IMG/VR virus record: IMGVR_UViG_3300008110_007313
From: a virus
Taxonomy: Duplodnaviria > Caudoviricetes
Length of the DNA: 64,000 nucleotides
Strand: one strand, 5' to 3'
Position numbers and translations under genes: made by a program. The notes under the pieces are model-generated. The model searched no databases. It saw only the letters and a list, made by a program, of their open reading frames with translations, and was not told where the DNA came from. Of the stretch, positions 17,534 to 28,952 are shown piece by piece. The number at the start of each line of letters is the position of its first letter. The stretch's first letter is position 1.

Positions 17534-18119
17534 TTTTTGGGAAATTTGCAAATACTACAGTGTTGGCAGTGTGCTTGACCTCATCGGGCCATTCAAGTCC
17601 GTATTCTTGCCAGCCAGTGGTTGTAACTTTAACAACGTTTTGAGACACAGTTTCTAATTCAATGTTTTCGTGTTGAGTGTTGGACAATGTCCACCAGCCA
17701 TCGTTGACAAACGGACCCAGAGTATCTTCTTCATTGTGCAGATACCAGACCTGATCGCCCAATGTGCTTTGAATGTTGAGGTCTGTGATTATCATGCGAC
17801 CTTCCATGATAGCATTGAGCTTGCAGTATAACATTATACCAATGAGTTGGTCAACTGGTTCTTCGGGCAAGGTGGTCACATTTATACCCAATAGACTCAT
17901 CATTTCTGCTTTTTCTTCATGCACCTGATTGATGAATACTGTGTTTTCCAACTCGCTCCAAATAAAACACTTGAGGCGATTCATTGCAATATTGGTTTGT
18001 TCAGCATCAGTAGTTTTGGTAACCAAATCTAAACTAACTGAGTATTGATTGAGTTGCAATGAATCTTCATAGTAAATGCCCGCCATGAAGTCTATGTCGT
18101 ACTGAAGTCTTACGTTCAT
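17523..18119 (-). CDS. Hypothetical protein
   Basis: 198 aa ORF in the same operon as the DnaE fragment. Confidence 0.65.
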   Translation of the reverse strand: MNVRLQYDIDFMAGIYYEDSLQLNQYSVSLDLVTKTTDAEQTNIAMNRLKCFIWSELENTVFINQVHEEKAEMMSLLGINVTTLPEEPVDQLIGIMLYCKLNAIMEGRMIITDLNIQSTLGDQVWYLHNEEDTLGPFVNDGWWTLSNTQHENIELETVSQNVVKVTTTGWQEYGLEWPDEVKHTANTVVFANFPKNEN

Positions 18120-18349
18120 TTGATGTTGATTTTGTCTGAATGAGCCATGGCACCAGATTTTTCTGATGCTTCGCGCAGTCGTTGTTGATACTTGCTTTGG
18201 TAGCTTTCCAAAGCCATTCGAATTTGATTGCAGAGATGTCCGTTGCCGGTTTGCGCGGCTATAGACAGTTTTCGGTTTAGTTCGCTGATCTTGTCAGTGA
18301 GCTGTTCTTCGCTCAGTGAATCAAGGCTGCCAATCAAAGGATGTTCCAT
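18116..18349 (-). CDS. Hypothetical coiled-coil protein
   Basis: ORF 7 nt downstream of a sigma70 -10 box. Confidence 0.65.
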   Translation of the reverse strand: MEHPLIGSLDSLSEEQLTDKISELNRKLSIAAQTGNGHLCNQIRMALESYQSKYQQRLREASEKSGAMAHSDKINIK

Positions 18350-18395
18350 AGAGTAATTTTACTACAGAACACCCAGCAATGTCAACACAAATTGG

Positions 18396-19898
18396 TTAAG
18401 CCCAACTACCAATTGAAGCCACAGCACTGGTACCCAATGGAACCAATTTGATATAGCTGTTGGCCAATACAGTGGGAGCGCCGCCTGGGGCAGAACTAAA
18501 TTGGATTTGCGGAGTAAAAGTTCCACTGGCATTGGATTTTACTATGCCTTTGAGCACCACTGTGATGTTTTCTGCGGCAGTGGTACTGGCTGCTGTGACC
18601 ACAGTGGCGGTAGCACCTGTGCCATAGATACGACTCACAGCACCTAGCGCATTGCCATTGGTGCTGGTGGTATCAGCAGTGTATGTCATAGACGACAAGG
18701 TGCCACTCAGTGCAAACAATGTACTCAGGGTGTGACTGTTGGTACCAGCACTTCGTGTGATGTAGTACACTGCTTCAAACATATAGGCAGTGCTAGCGTC
18801 CAAAGTAATTGCACTGGGAGAACTGAAAACGTTTTGAGCTGACGCAGAGTCGCTGAGCACGTTGTTGGAAGCCTGCAATCGAAATGCCACAGAAGGTGCC
18901 AATCCTCGACGGCTGGCAGTAGGGGTAGTATAGAAAACTACACCGTCGTATTCAAATGCACCTGCACCTGGTGTGGCCAGTACATCGCCGGCGGTGAATT
19001 GCAGTGCAGCCAGCGTGGTTGTTCCAATGTTTGGTCTAACTTTGGAGTTTAAAAATGCTCCGTTTAGGTTACCAGTGGCAGTAACGTTGCCAATCACCAA
19101 ATTGCCACCAGTGATTGTGCCAGTGGCGCTTACACTGCCAGCTGTGACTAAATTACCACCTGTGACGTTGCCTGTAGCAATTACTTGTTGACTGGCCAAT
19201 ACATTGCCTGTAGCACTGACAAAACCTACCCCGCCTGAACCAGCAATAATATTACCAGTAGCAGTGACGTCATCGACCTGCAGATCAGCAGCCGAAAAGT
19301 TCGTCAGCGCACGATTCAAGTCAAAGATAGTTACAGTGCTGCCACCGTTGTAGGTACCAAACGCAAACTCATAAGTGCCGGCCGCGGAAAAAGACAATGT
19401 GTAAGGTCCAGCTGCTGGTGGTGTGGGGCTAATACCTTGTAGACCTGATACTCCCAGGGTCACTGAACTTGGCAAAGTAACTGTGTGCGCAATGTTGGTA
19501 ACTTCAATTTGTAATTTGATGTAACCGTAGCTACCAGTACCTGGGAAGTTAACAAAACTCAAAGATATGCTGCCGGAAGTGCTAATACTCTGATAATGTC
19601 CGCTGGCATAGTTGATGCTTATGGCTCCACTGGTGGAAGTCACTGTGACTTTGGTACCCGAAAAGTCTTGAATTTTTGCAGCATAGATTAGATTGTCCAA
19701 CATGTTGTTGTCTAATGTTCCGCCAGTGAGTGCGCTTTTGAGCACTGCCTTGGCCTGCAGGTCGTTGATTTCATCTTCGGCATATTGAAAGTTTACCTTG
19801 GTATTGGTAAAATTATCACGAAAGCCTTGTGAATTGTTATCTTGCCCGGCTACTGGGTATGAGCCGTCAATGTTGTTTGGGTTAATATTGCTTGACAT
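18396..19898 (-). CDS. Virion structural protein (baseplate/fibre-like)
   Basis: MSSNINPNNIDGSYPVAGQDNNSQGFRDNF N-terminus; G/T/S/N-rich beta content; SATGN repeats. Confidence 0.7.
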   Translation of the reverse strand: MSSNINPNNIDGSYPVAGQDNNSQGFRDNFTNTKVNFQYAEDEINDLQAKAVLKSALTGGTLDNNMLDNLIYAAKIQDFSGTKVTVTSTSGAISINYASGHYQSISTSGSISLSFVNFPGTGSYGYIKLQIEVTNIAHTVTLPSSVTLGVSGLQGISPTPPAAGPYTLSFSAAGTYEFAFGTYNGGSTVTIFDLNRALTNFSAADLQVDDVTATGNIIAGSGGVGFVSATGNVLASQQVIATGNVTGGNLVTAGSVSATGTITGGNLVIGNVTATGNLNGAFLNSKVRPNIGTTTLAALQFTAGDVLATPGAGAFEYDGVVFYTTPTASRRGLAPSVAFRLQASNNVLSDSASAQNVFSSPSAITLDASTAYMFEAVYYITRSAGTNSHTLSTLFALSGTLSSMTYTADTTSTNGNALGAVSRIYGTGATATVVTAASTTAAENITVVLKGIVKSNASGTFTPQIQFSSAPGGAPTVLANSYIKLVPLGTSAVASIGSWA

Positions 19899-19910
19899 TT
19901 TTTATCCTTG

Positions 19911-22900
19911 TTACACCAAAATGTTCTGTTTGGGGAATACCAAATATTTATCGTAGGTTTCGCCTGGATTGTACATATCCACTGGCTCAATGAATTCCAT
20001 GCTACCTTCATCAAATATAGTTTCTGTTGTGACCACTGTGGCAAATGGTAGCCAGCTAATTCTAGACAGTCCAGTGCCGGGTGTGGTTGGTCGATACAGT
20101 TGTGCGCTGCGATATTGCGAACCACGACTGATTTGCACAAACTGATTTGGTGCCGTCTGTGTTTCTAAAGTACAGGTTACTATTTCAGTAACTGCATCTA
20201 CGCTAATTCTCCATATTGCCATGCGATCGTTGCCAAATTCGCCAACCAGGCTACCAGAGGCAGTGGTCAACGTTACTGGAACTGTACCGCCGGCACCACT
20301 GGTAATTCTGAAACGTGTTGCATCTACAATATCAAGTACATAGTAGATTTGGTTGCCTGTTGCAAAAGGAACAATGTTTCCAAATCCTGTACCTGTAAAC
20401 CAAATTATATCACCTGGTGCCATGTTGGCAGTGGAACTACAAGTTATTGCATTGGTTGCAGATGAAGTGGCAGTGCAGACAACCTGATAGCCGCCAGGCA
20501 CAGTAACACTTTCGTCGTATTGCTGTTCACTTAGGCCTGGTTGAGTCGCAGTAGGTCCTTGATCAAACAATCCACCATCATAGATGGTGTCATAGAGCTG
20601 CCAGCCATCTGTGGTAGTAGCATAGTTGGACCCAGGTGGGCCGTCGTAGTTCTCTTGTTTGACAAACACAATAGTGTCGCCGTTGATCTGTGCAATCTGT
20701 CCATCAAGTCCGCCAAGGCTGTTGATATAGCTGAGAGTTCGCTGATTTACGTCGCTAAATGCAAGATTGGTTGCAATGCTGACATTGCCAATAAATTGTT
20801 TACCTGCTGTATTGAATCGATCAAACGTGGTCAAGCTAGGTTGTGGCGTCCAGTCTTGAGTGGTAGTATCCCAATTTGCACTCAGTGCGCGGTCTAGTAC
20901 GTAACGATCAACTTTGAAATCAACTTGGTTGAGTTGTTGCCCAAACTGAGTAGCTATGTAATAGGCAATTTGATCGCCGTGTCCTGGATTAGCATAGCAG
21001 AGTACCCAGGCTGGTGTAAATCCCAACACTCGACCATCGGCTTGTTTACTAGTCATCCATAAAGGAAGACCAGTCGAAATTTGTCCCACAGTGTCAATTA
21101 CTTGATCTCTCATGTTGTCTAGACTGTTGGGATATACCGCAATGATTGATGTACTGCCATCTGCTGGGTCAGTTATAGCATATGGCAAAGGCACAATCTT
21201 GCTCACACTCTCGCCTTGGGGGTTGACCAAGTTGTCAATTATTTTGCTATAAACAACTTCATAGATAATATTACCGTCAGAGTCCACAGCACGAGCAGTG
21301 TTGATTTCGCCTAATACTAAATTCTTCCAGTAGTGATTGAGATACAAACTTTCTACGTAGGTTGACAGAGCGTCGGGTGCTAGACCAAAAGCATGCTGAT
21401 AGGTAACTTTAGATGCTTTACCAAAATTTGGATCAGTGGGTCTGAATATAAAGCTAGGCACAAAGATAGACTCATTGTCTAACAATGAAGCAATGAGTAC
21501 TCGGTCTTCAGCCGGAGGCATAGCCTCCACGTAGAGATTTTGATATGGTGCATTATACTCACGTACCACACGCACAGTAAATGTCTTGAACACGCTGACC
21601 ACGTCTCTTGTGCCGGTGGCCTGCATGACTGCGGTCAACGCAGCTCCTGTACCGCCAAATCCCTCGGCTACGGTGATTGTAGCAGGACCTGTATACCCAG
21701 CGCCAGAATTGCTAACTGTTACCGCAGTTATAGACCCACTGGTTACAGTAATATTTCCAACCTGAGCTTGTACCGCGCTGGCGCCAACGGGAGTTTCAAA
21801 AACAATAATAGGCAAATTGATTGAACTAAAGCCTGAACCACCGTTGGTTACAATCACTTCGCTGACGTTGTACAGTATTTGTTGAGTGTCAGGCGCATAG
21901 GCGTTGACAGTAAATTCAAAACTGCTGTCCCATGTAGTAGTATTGTTATCAAATGTGGTAGCGCCTAGATCAATAGCAAAAGTGTTAAAAGTTACTCGCC
22001 CTGCAATTTCGCCTGTGGGCAACAGTTCCAGCCCCTGCGGCAAACTGTTAAATGCACCAGAAGCCAATTTGTAAGACAGTTCTCTACCGCCGCGATTTAC
22101 AGCTTCTACTTGTAACAGACTGGTACTACCGTTGACAATTGTACCAAGATCTGAATCAGTGAGCCAGGTAATTTCGCTGTCAATATCGCCTGCTACAGTG
22201 AGAGTAAACGGAAATGGTTGGCTAGCAATCACTGTGCCAGCGGTCATTGCACCGGAAGAAGTAGTCAAGGTCAATGGTGTTGTTGCACTTGTGCTTGCAA
22301 CCACACTGAATTCGGTAGCACTGTAAACATGCAGTACATAGTATATGGTATTTCCAGCGGTGCTCAGCCCGCCTAGAGCTGTGCCTGACAGCTTGATAGG
22401 AATATACAGTGGAGCAGAGTTAGAAGGATACCATTCAGAAATGCCAGCCAATGGCGCGGTACTGTTGCAAGTGATCTTGTTGGTCGATGCGCTGGTCGAC
22501 GTACAGCTTACATTTGTTCCCACAGTTGCGGTCTGATAGACCACAATGTTAAAACTGTATTCAACTTCGGTTGTACCTTGATCAGGAATGTTACCATAAA
22601 ACCATCCAGTTTCTGGATCCAAGATCAAGCCAGGCGGCAATCCAAAACCTTCATTGACATTGATAGCGTAACTGATATCTTCGGTATCATAATCTTCGCC
22701 GATGAATTGATAACCATATTTGTTGGCACTACGTACAGTGCCCAGATCACTGGGAGAAGCATTGACCAGGAATGGTGCTCGACTGTTGGTTTCGTCTGCT
22801 GTAATAAATGTGTTGTCTGCGGTAAATGTTGTGTTGTCGGCAGTCATTTCGTTGCGAGCATACACAAACATTGTAAAAGATCTTAGATCACTGCTTTTAC

Positions 22901-23792
22901 CATCACTGACTTCAAGACTGAACTGATAATTTCTGCTGATAAACTCCACTATAAAGTCATAAGGTTCAGAGTCAGTGGAAGTAATATCATATCCTGGACT
23001 TTGATCCAGAGGGAAAGAAGGTACAATATAACCACTGATTAGACCAGTTGGACTCAATACCAAACCTGGAGGCAGCTGACCAGAGGCCAATGACACCACG
23101 GTGAGTTCTCCGGGATCTAAGTCAGTGTACTGAATTTGTATATTGACTTGGTCTCCATCATAGAACGTGCCAATGCTGCCTGCAGGAGTGGTAAATTTTG
23201 GCACATCGTTGCCGGTAATTGTTATCTCAAAAGTTCTGTCAGCAATGCGATCAATTGTGCCTAGTACAGTTTTAGTATAACTGCGAATTACAAATTTACT
23301 AGTCACATCCACAGCAACTTCTACAGGCACGCCTTGTAGACTGGTAATAGCTCTTGGAACTCCAGTCAAAGTTCCTGTGTCTGCAATCTGCAGACCGGTG
23401 GGCAATGCTCCAGCAATCTGTGTATAAAACACACGCTGGGAGAAAAACGCAGTCATATCACCTGAGTCGGTAGTCAGCGTTTTAGGTTGACTACTGGTTT
23501 CTGAATCACTGACTCTAAATTGTGTGGAGTTAATTACGTCATATACAAAATATTTGACTCCTGGTTGCAGACCACCGAACGTTAGACCAACGTTGCTGAC
23601 AAATTCTACTTGTAAGTTCCTATACAATCCAGCGGTGCTGGCACAGGTAATTGCATTAGTGGTTGCAGAAGTAGCTGTACAAACTGTGTTGGCCAATGGC
23701 GCAACTGTTGTGAGTAACGGTTGTTGATAGAATATACCTTCGGGTATGACCCCTAGACTGCCTGCAGGAGTAATCCACTGTGGTTGTGCCAT
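19911..23792 (-). CDS. Large baseplate/structural protein with Ig-like domains
   Basis: Repeated P.W/F.TPAGSLG..LP.GL.L...G.I.G Ig-type motifs; three inserted ~80 aa modules. Confidence 0.75.
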   Translation of the reverse strand: MAQPQWITPAGSLGVIPEGIFYQQPLLTTVAPLANTVCTATSATTNAITCASTAGLYRNLQVEFVSNVGLTFGGLQPGVKYFVYDVINSTQFRVSDSETSSQPKTLTTDSGDMTAFFSQRVFYTQIAGALPTGLQIADTGTLTGVPRAITSLQGVPVEVAVDVTSKFVIRSYTKTVLGTIDRIADRTFEITITGNDVPKFTTPAGSIGTFYDGDQVNIQIQYTDLDPGELTVVSLASGQLPPGLVLSPTGLISGYIVPSFPLDQSPGYDITSTDSEPYDFIVEFISRNYQFSLEVSDGKSSDLRSFTMFVYARNEMTADNTTFTADNTFITADETNSRAPFLVNASPSDLGTVRSANKYGYQFIGEDYDTEDISYAINVNEGFGLPPGLILDPETGWFYGNIPDQGTTEVEYSFNIVVYQTATVGTNVSCTSTSASTNKITCNSTAPLAGISEWYPSNSAPLYIPIKLSGTALGGLSTAGNTIYYVLHVYSATEFSVVASTSATTPLTLTTSSGAMTAGTVIASQPFPFTLTVAGDIDSEITWLTDSDLGTIVNGSTSLLQVEAVNRGGRELSYKLASGAFNSLPQGLELLPTGEIAGRVTFNTFAIDLGATTFDNNTTTWDSSFEFTVNAYAPDTQQILYNVSEVIVTNGGSGFSSINLPIIVFETPVGASAVQAQVGNITVTSGSITAVTVSNSGAGYTGPATITVAEGFGGTGAALTAVMQATGTRDVVSVFKTFTVRVVREYNAPYQNLYVEAMPPAEDRVLIASLLDNESIFVPSFIFRPTDPNFGKASKVTYQHAFGLAPDALSTYVESLYLNHYWKNLVLGEINTARAVDSDGNIIYEVVYSKIIDNLVNPQGESVSKIVPLPYAITDPADGSTSIIAVYPNSLDNMRDQVIDTVGQISTGLPLWMTSKQADGRVLGFTPAWVLCYANPGHGDQIAYYIATQFGQQLNQVDFKVDRYVLDRALSANWDTTTQDWTPQPSLTTFDRFNTAGKQFIGNVSIATNLAFSDVNQRTLSYINSLGGLDGQIAQINGDTIVFVKQENYDGPPGSNYATTTDGWQLYDTIYDGGLFDQGPTATQPGLSEQQYDESVTVPGGYQVVCTATSSATNAITCSSTANMAPGDIIWFTGTGFGNIVPFATGNQIYYVLDIVDATRFRITSGAGGTVPVTLTTASGSLVGEFGNDRMAIWRISVDAVTEIVTCTLETQTAPNQFVQISRGSQYRSAQLYRPTTPGTGLSRISWLPFATVVTTETIFDEGSMEFIEPVDMYNPGETYDKYLVFPKQNILV

Positions 23793-23803
23793 ATTTTAAA
23801 ACC

Positions 23804-26437
23804 TTAGTTGAGAAATACCCAGGCAGAGCCATTCCAACCTTTGAATCGACCACCGGTTGTGTTCAAATAAATGGCTCCAGTAACTGGACTAGCAGGATCA
23901 GCAGCAGAGGCAGGCACTACCAAAAATGGTCCTGCGGCCGTGATAACTGACCCAGTAATATTACCCGTTGCACTGATCACTCCAGGTGTGTTAATGTTAC
24001 CGCTGTTGGTATTACCAGTGACATTCAAAGTGGATGTTACATTGCCGCTAAGGCTCAGTGTGGCACCTGTAATAGCTGCTGTAGAGTTAACGTTACCACC
24101 ATTGACGTTGGCAGTAGCAATAACGTTGGTGCCTGTTACATTTCCTGTGACATTAACAACACTGATAATATTGCCACTAAGGCTTAGTGTGGCACCTGTA
24201 ATAGCTGCAAGTGAATTGATGTTGCCGCCAATGATGTTACCTGTTGAACTGACCAGTCCAACACTGTTGACATTGGCGCCAGTGATGTTACTGGTGACGT
24301 TGAGTGCAGTGATAACGTTTCCGCTGAGACTGATAGCCACAGTGTTGACGTTGCCTGAAGTTAAATTTCCTGTGGCAGTAATTAAACCACCAGTGACTAT
24401 GTTGCCTCCAATAACGTTACCAGTTGAGGTGACATTAGCTGTGGCTACAAGGTTTGCTCCACGTACATTTCCTGTGGCACTGACCAAACCACCTGTGTTA
24501 ATATTGCCGCCAGTGATGTTTCCAACCACGGTGGCCAACCCAGGAGAACTCAAATTGCCGCCAGCAATATTGCTGCTAACATTAAGATCACTGATCACGT
24601 TACCAATCAAGCTCAAGCTACCGTTGGTTACCAGGTTACCGCCAATCACGTTACCAGTGGCACTGAGTATACCACCAGTTCTCACGTTTCCGGCATCCAC
24701 GTTGCCAGTGACGCTGACGCTGGCACCTTCTAATCCGCCAATGATCAAGTTGCCGTATGCACTGATTGCAGTAACCACATCATTGGTCATGGTTACTTGT
24801 GTGGCTGCTAGAAATTTACCAGCTGAATTGTCGTAGCCAATAAATGCTGACAGCTCACTGCCAGAGTAATACCACAGTTGTTCGCCTCGATCTTTGCCGT
24901 CGTTGCTGGTCAAAGGTGTGTTGTTGGGTCCGCGGCCCAAACTTATAATTGGATCCTCTACTGCCAGTGTGGTCACGTTGTTGTAGACCAAGTCGCCATC
25001 TACAGTAAGGTTGCCAGTGATTATGGCGCTGCCTGACACTGCAAGACTACCATTGGTGACTAAATTGCCACCGGTGATATTACCAGTAGCACTGACCACC
25101 CCACCAGTGTTGATGTTTCCACCTGTGATATTGCCAGACGCAGTTACAATGCCAGTGCTTACATTGTTGCCTGTGATGTTGCCTGTGGCAGTTATGATAC
25201 CACTAGAAATCACATTGCTGCCTTGCACATTGGCTGCACTTGTGATGTTGCCCGTAGCGGTAACTATGCCTGTGGCCACAATGATTGCAGTATTCAAATT
25301 GAGAGCTTCAAGATTTCCAGCAACGTTTGCTGTGCTAGTCACTAGCAATTGGCCTACATTGGCCAGGCCAGTACCTTGAATGTTGCCAACACTGATGTTG
25401 GCGTTGGCAGTTATGTTATTACCGGTGATATTTCCTGTAGCATTAACAGTAATACTGGTAACTCTATTGGTAGCGTCAACGTTGGCAGCACCTACAGTAC
25501 CACCAGGTACACTGACATCAGTTCCGGTGAGTACGCCTCCAGCGGTGATACCACCTGTGGCTGTAATCAATCCACCAGTTACAATGTTGCCACCAACAAC
25601 GTTGCCCACGGCTGAAATAGCAGCCAAAGCAGAAACGTTGTTTGAACTGACATCGCCGTTGCCGCCTAGGGCATTACTGACATTTAAAAAGTTTAAAGTG
25701 CCCACAGTTTGCAAACTGGAGTTTACTACGTTTGCGCTCAAAGTTGACCCAACTATCAGAGCTGCATTGCCCACTGAAGTAATGCCTGATAATCCTGATC
25801 CGTTGCCGGTAAAAAACTGTGCTGTAATATTACCTGCTGCGGTAATGTCGCCTCCGGCACTGACCTGTCCAGTGGTCAACAAATTACCGCCTGTGATGTT
25901 GCCCGTGGCACTGACTTGTCCACCGGTGTTAAAATTGGATGCTTGAGCATTGCCCGATACACTGATCAGGCCTGAAGTAACAAGATTGCCACCTACTATG
26001 TTACCTGACGCACTCAAATTGGCCAATACGCCCACAGAAGTCAGTGTACTGTTGGTCACGTTTGCACTCAGCGTATTACCCACAAGAGCGTTGGCAGGAG
26101 CCACAGATGTAACTCCAGTAAGTTGGCTACCATTACCTAAAAACAATCCTGCACTAACTATGTTACCAGTGACACTGACAATGTTTGCTGCCACAGTGCC
26201 TAGTATTGTAGCACCTGTGCCCGACACTACAACAACGTTGGGAACACCAGTACTGCTCATGTTGATTACACTGTCATCAACAATGCTGATGTTTGAAGAT
26301 CCGTTGCTAATACCGCTTACACCACCAATGTTGAATAATTCTGTAAAGTTTTCGTTGGTTTTGATAAAAGCTGTGCGTAGCGGATCGCCATCGCCGTCAT
26401 TAGCGACATTGCCTACGTTGATTACTTGCTGTGTCAT
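23804..26437 (-). CDS. Fibre/baseplate protein with T4 gp9/gp10-like N-terminus and long beta-solenoid repeats
   Basis: INVGNVANDGDGDPLRTAFIKTNENFTEL; dozens of SATGNITGGNL-type repeats. Confidence 0.75.
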   Translation of the reverse strand: MTQQVINVGNVANDGDGDPLRTAFIKTNENFTELFNIGGVSGISNGSSNISIVDDSVINMSSTGVPNVVVVSGTGATILGTVAANIVSVTGNIVSAGLFLGNGSQLTGVTSVAPANALVGNTLSANVTNSTLTSVGVLANLSASGNIVGGNLVTSGLISVSGNAQASNFNTGGQVSATGNITGGNLLTTGQVSAGGDITAAGNITAQFFTGNGSGLSGITSVGNAALIVGSTLSANVVNSSLQTVGTLNFLNVSNALGGNGDVSSNNVSALAAISAVGNVVGGNIVTGGLITATGGITAGGVLTGTDVSVPGGTVGAANVDATNRVTSITVNATGNITGNNITANANISVGNIQGTGLANVGQLLVTSTANVAGNLEALNLNTAIIVATGIVTATGNITSAANVQGSNVISSGIITATGNITGNNVSTGIVTASGNITGGNINTGGVVSATGNITGGNLVTNGSLAVSGSAIITGNLTVDGDLVYNNVTTLAVEDPIISLGRGPNNTPLTSNDGKDRGEQLWYYSGSELSAFIGYDNSAGKFLAATQVTMTNDVVTAISAYGNLIIGGLEGASVSVTGNVDAGNVRTGGILSATGNVIGGNLVTNGSLSLIGNVISDLNVSSNIAGGNLSSPGLATVVGNITGGNINTGGLVSATGNVRGANLVATANVTSTGNVIGGNIVTGGLITATGNLTSGNVNTVAISLSGNVITALNVTSNITGANVNSVGLVSSTGNIIGGNINSLAAITGATLSLSGNIISVVNVTGNVTGTNVIATANVNGGNVNSTAAITGATLSLSGNVTSTLNVTGNTNSGNINTPGVISATGNITGSVITAAGPFLVVPASAADPASPVTGAIYLNTTGGRFKGWNGSAWVFLN

Positions 26438-26527
26438 AAATCGGAATCCTTGTGAAGTATTTAGCGTATCAACAATGCTGTGTCGAACAGTTGATTTCTG
26501 GCTAAATATGGTGAGTTGGAGTGATCA

Positions 26528-28588
26528 ATGTCATATATTATCAATAATAGTCGCGGCAACATTGTTGCTGTTGTTCCCGATGGTACCGTAAACCAAGGAG
26601 CGACCAGTCTGAGTTTGATTGGGCAAAACGTAACAAATTACGGTACTGACCAAAACGAAAATCTAGTATTCTTGCTAGAAAATTTTGCCTCGCCTTCGGC
26701 ACCAAATCAGCCCATCCTAGGGCAACTTTGGTACAAAAGCGACGAAGATTTAATTTATTCCTACAGCACAGCCAATACCTGGCAAGCCTTGGTCAACGAA
26801 GCCTATGTGCAGGCACAAAAGATCAGTCCTATTTTTACAGGAGTACCACAGGCGCCTACTGCACCTGCTGGCACAGCTAACACACAGATAGCTACTACTG
26901 CTTTTGTAACCAACAGCCCGCAGTTTGCAGGCGCCCCAACTGCTCCAACTGCGACACTTGCAACATCGAATACTCAGATTGCAACCACAGAGTTTGTAAA
27001 AAATGTGGCCAACAACCTGGGCACTATGTCCCAACAAAACTTTAACTCTGTGGCCATCACTGGAGGTACCATTACTGGACTGTCTGCGCCCTTGCCAGTG
27101 TTGTCTGGGGGTACAGGAGCTCAAGATGCTATCAACGCTAGAATCAATCTTGGACTGGGCTCTATAGCCACACAAAATGCCAACAGTGTTGCTATCACTG
27201 GCGGCTCTGCCACAGGACTCACAACACTGTCATTGTCTAATCCAACTTCAGGTGCTGTTTTCAGCACTGGCGGATCGCTGAGTGCGGTGAGCACATTGCC
27301 TATTAGTCTAGGGGGCACAGGTGCCAGTGATGCTGCCAACGCTAGAATCAACCTTGGTCTAGGTTCAGGTGCGGTAACCAACATTGGTACCATTGCAACA
27401 CAAAATGCCAACAGTGTTGCTATCACTGGCGGTACAATAACAGGTATTTCTGATTTGGCCGTGGCCGACGGAGGCACAGGTGCTAGTGATGCTGCCAATG
27501 CTAGAACCAATCTAGGAGCCGCTGCTCTGGGCAACAACAGTGATATCACTTCTATCACAGGACTGACCACTCCCTTGGCACCCTTGTACGGCGGCACAGG
27601 TGTGTCAGGACTCACGCCCAACGCTTTGGTTGTAGGCAATGCCTCATCCAGCGTAAAAAGCATACTGCCAGGAAATGCAGGTAATGTGTTGATCAGCACA
27701 GGGTCGCAGTGGATTTCTCAGGTATTCCCTGACGCTGGAGGTACCGTGACCAGCATAGAATTTATAGGTGGCAATGGTATTCAAATCACAGGTATCAATC
27801 CTGTGACCAGCGCAAGTACTATAACAATTAACAACGCAGGTATTACACGCATCCAAGGACCTAACATTGCTCTCACATCCACAGGCGTGGAATTTGTGGG
27901 CAACGGCGTGAGTCAAAGTGGCAACGTATTTACATTTAGTAGCACTGGTGCTCAAGGTCCCATTGGTCCAACAGGCCCAGCAGGTCCGCAAGGTGCAGAG
28001 GGCGCTACCGGGCCACGGGGTGCCACAGGACCACAGGGCTTGCAAGGCGAACGTGGAATTCAAGGGGCGCAAGGTCTCACCGGTGCCACAGGTCCTGCAG
28101 GTCCTAGTTATACCTTGCCCACAGCATCATCTAGCACACTAGGCGGGGTTAGAATTGACGGAACCACAATTACCATTTCTGGATCAGTTATTTCTGCCAA
28201 CATGCCAACTGCTACAGTATCGACACTGGGCGCTGTTCGTCCAGATGGTACTACAATTAAAATCAGTTCAGGGGTTATTTCAGCTCCTACTGCTACAGGA
28301 TATACTATCGTTTTTGCCACAGCTCAAAACTGTGTGGGATTTTCAAACAGCTTTGAATGGAACAATTCTACAAACTATTTTGATGTGTTTCCGCCAGCCG
28401 GGTTTAATATGACTCAATTGCAGGGATTCATGGCCAGCATGAGCAAAATATTCTTTGCAGGTAATGTCAACCTTGACGATTCAATGAGAACGGAATGGGC
28501 TGTGCAGGCAGATAGAATTCGAGTATGGGTTCAAAATACTGAACAGCGAGATACACCGGCGGTTAACTACATAGCTTTTTGGAGATAA
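26528..28588 (+). CDS. Tail fibre protein with collagen-like segment
   Basis: [33 protein letters not shown] repeats; GGTGA..AR.NLG repeats; 18 Gly-X-Y triplets. Confidence 0.85.
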   Translation: MSYIINNSRGNIVAVVPDGTVNQGATSLSLIGQNVTNYGTDQNENLVFLLENFASPSAPNQPILGQLWYKSDEDLIYSYSTANTWQALVNEAYVQAQKISPIFTGVPQAPTAPAGTANTQIATTAFVTNSPQFAGAPTAPTATLATSNTQIATTEFVKNVANNLGTMSQQNFNSVAITGGTITGLSAPLPVLSGGTGAQDAINARINLGLGSIATQNANSVAITGGSATGLTTLSLSNPTSGAVFSTGGSLSAVSTLPISLGGTGASDAANARINLGLGSGAVTNIGTIATQNANSVAITGGTITGISDLAVADGGTGASDAANARTNLGAAALGNNSDITSITGLTTPLAPLYGGTGVSGLTPNALVVGNASSSVKSILPGNAGNVLISTGSQWISQVFPDAGGTVTSIEFIGGNGIQITGINPVTSASTITINNAGITRIQGPNIALTSTGVEFVGNGVSQSGNVFTFSSTGAQGPIGPTGPAGPQGAEGATGPRGATGPQGLQGERGIQGAQGLTGATGPAGPSYTLPTASSSTLGGVRIDGTTITISGSVISANMPTATVSTLGAVRPDGTTIKISSGVISAPTATGYTIVFATAQNCVGFSNSFEWNNSTNYFDVFPPAGFNMTQLQGFMASMSKIFFAGNVNLDDSMRTEWAVQADRIRVWVQNTEQRDTPAVNYIAFWR
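27171..27432 (+). repeat. 34-bp direct repeat inside tail fibre gene (27171-27204 and 27399-27432)
   Basis: Identical cacaaaatgccaacagtgttgctatcactggcgg. Confidence 0.9.
27947..28108 (+). repeat. Collagen (Gly-X-Y)18 coding repeat
   Basis: GAQ GPI GPT .. GPA GPS counted directly. Confidence 0.95.
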
Positions 28589-28592
28589 TTTA

Positions 28593-28952
28593 ATGTATTA
28601 TATTTGCGTAGAAAATGACCGTGTAACCGGTGTACTAAACTATGAACCCAACGTTCCGTCTTCGGTCACAGTTGTAGTGATATCAGACGAAGATCATGCC
28701 AAACTTGATCAAAGAACCCATTACTTTGACATACCCACATCAAGTATACAGCCTTACCCCCAGAGCGAACTTGACAAACTGGCTGCTAGAAACGCCAGCC
28801 TAGAACATCAGAAATTTTTGAACAATACTGACTGGAAAGTCATGCGCCACATAAGAGAAAAGGCCCTGGGCATACCCACAAGCCTTAGTAATGCAGAATA
28901 CTTAGATCTTGAACTAGAGCGTGAACGTCGCGCCGCTGCAATCACACACTGA
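28593..28952 (+). CDS. Tail fibre assembly chaperone-like protein
   Basis: Follows the fibre gene; [20 protein letters not shown]-terminal pattern. Confidence 0.65.
   Translation: MYYICVENDRVTGVLNYEPNVPSSVTVVVISDEDHAKLDQRTHYFDIPTSSIQPYPQSELDKLAARNASLEHQKFLNNTDWKVMRHIREKALGIPTSLSNAEYLDLELERERRAAAITH

Noticed and set aside
23871-26591. Long plus-strand ORFs (321, 122, 188 and 213 aa)
   Set aside because: Antisense shadows of the repetitive G/N/T-rich fibre gene; no SD or promoter and mirror-image composition
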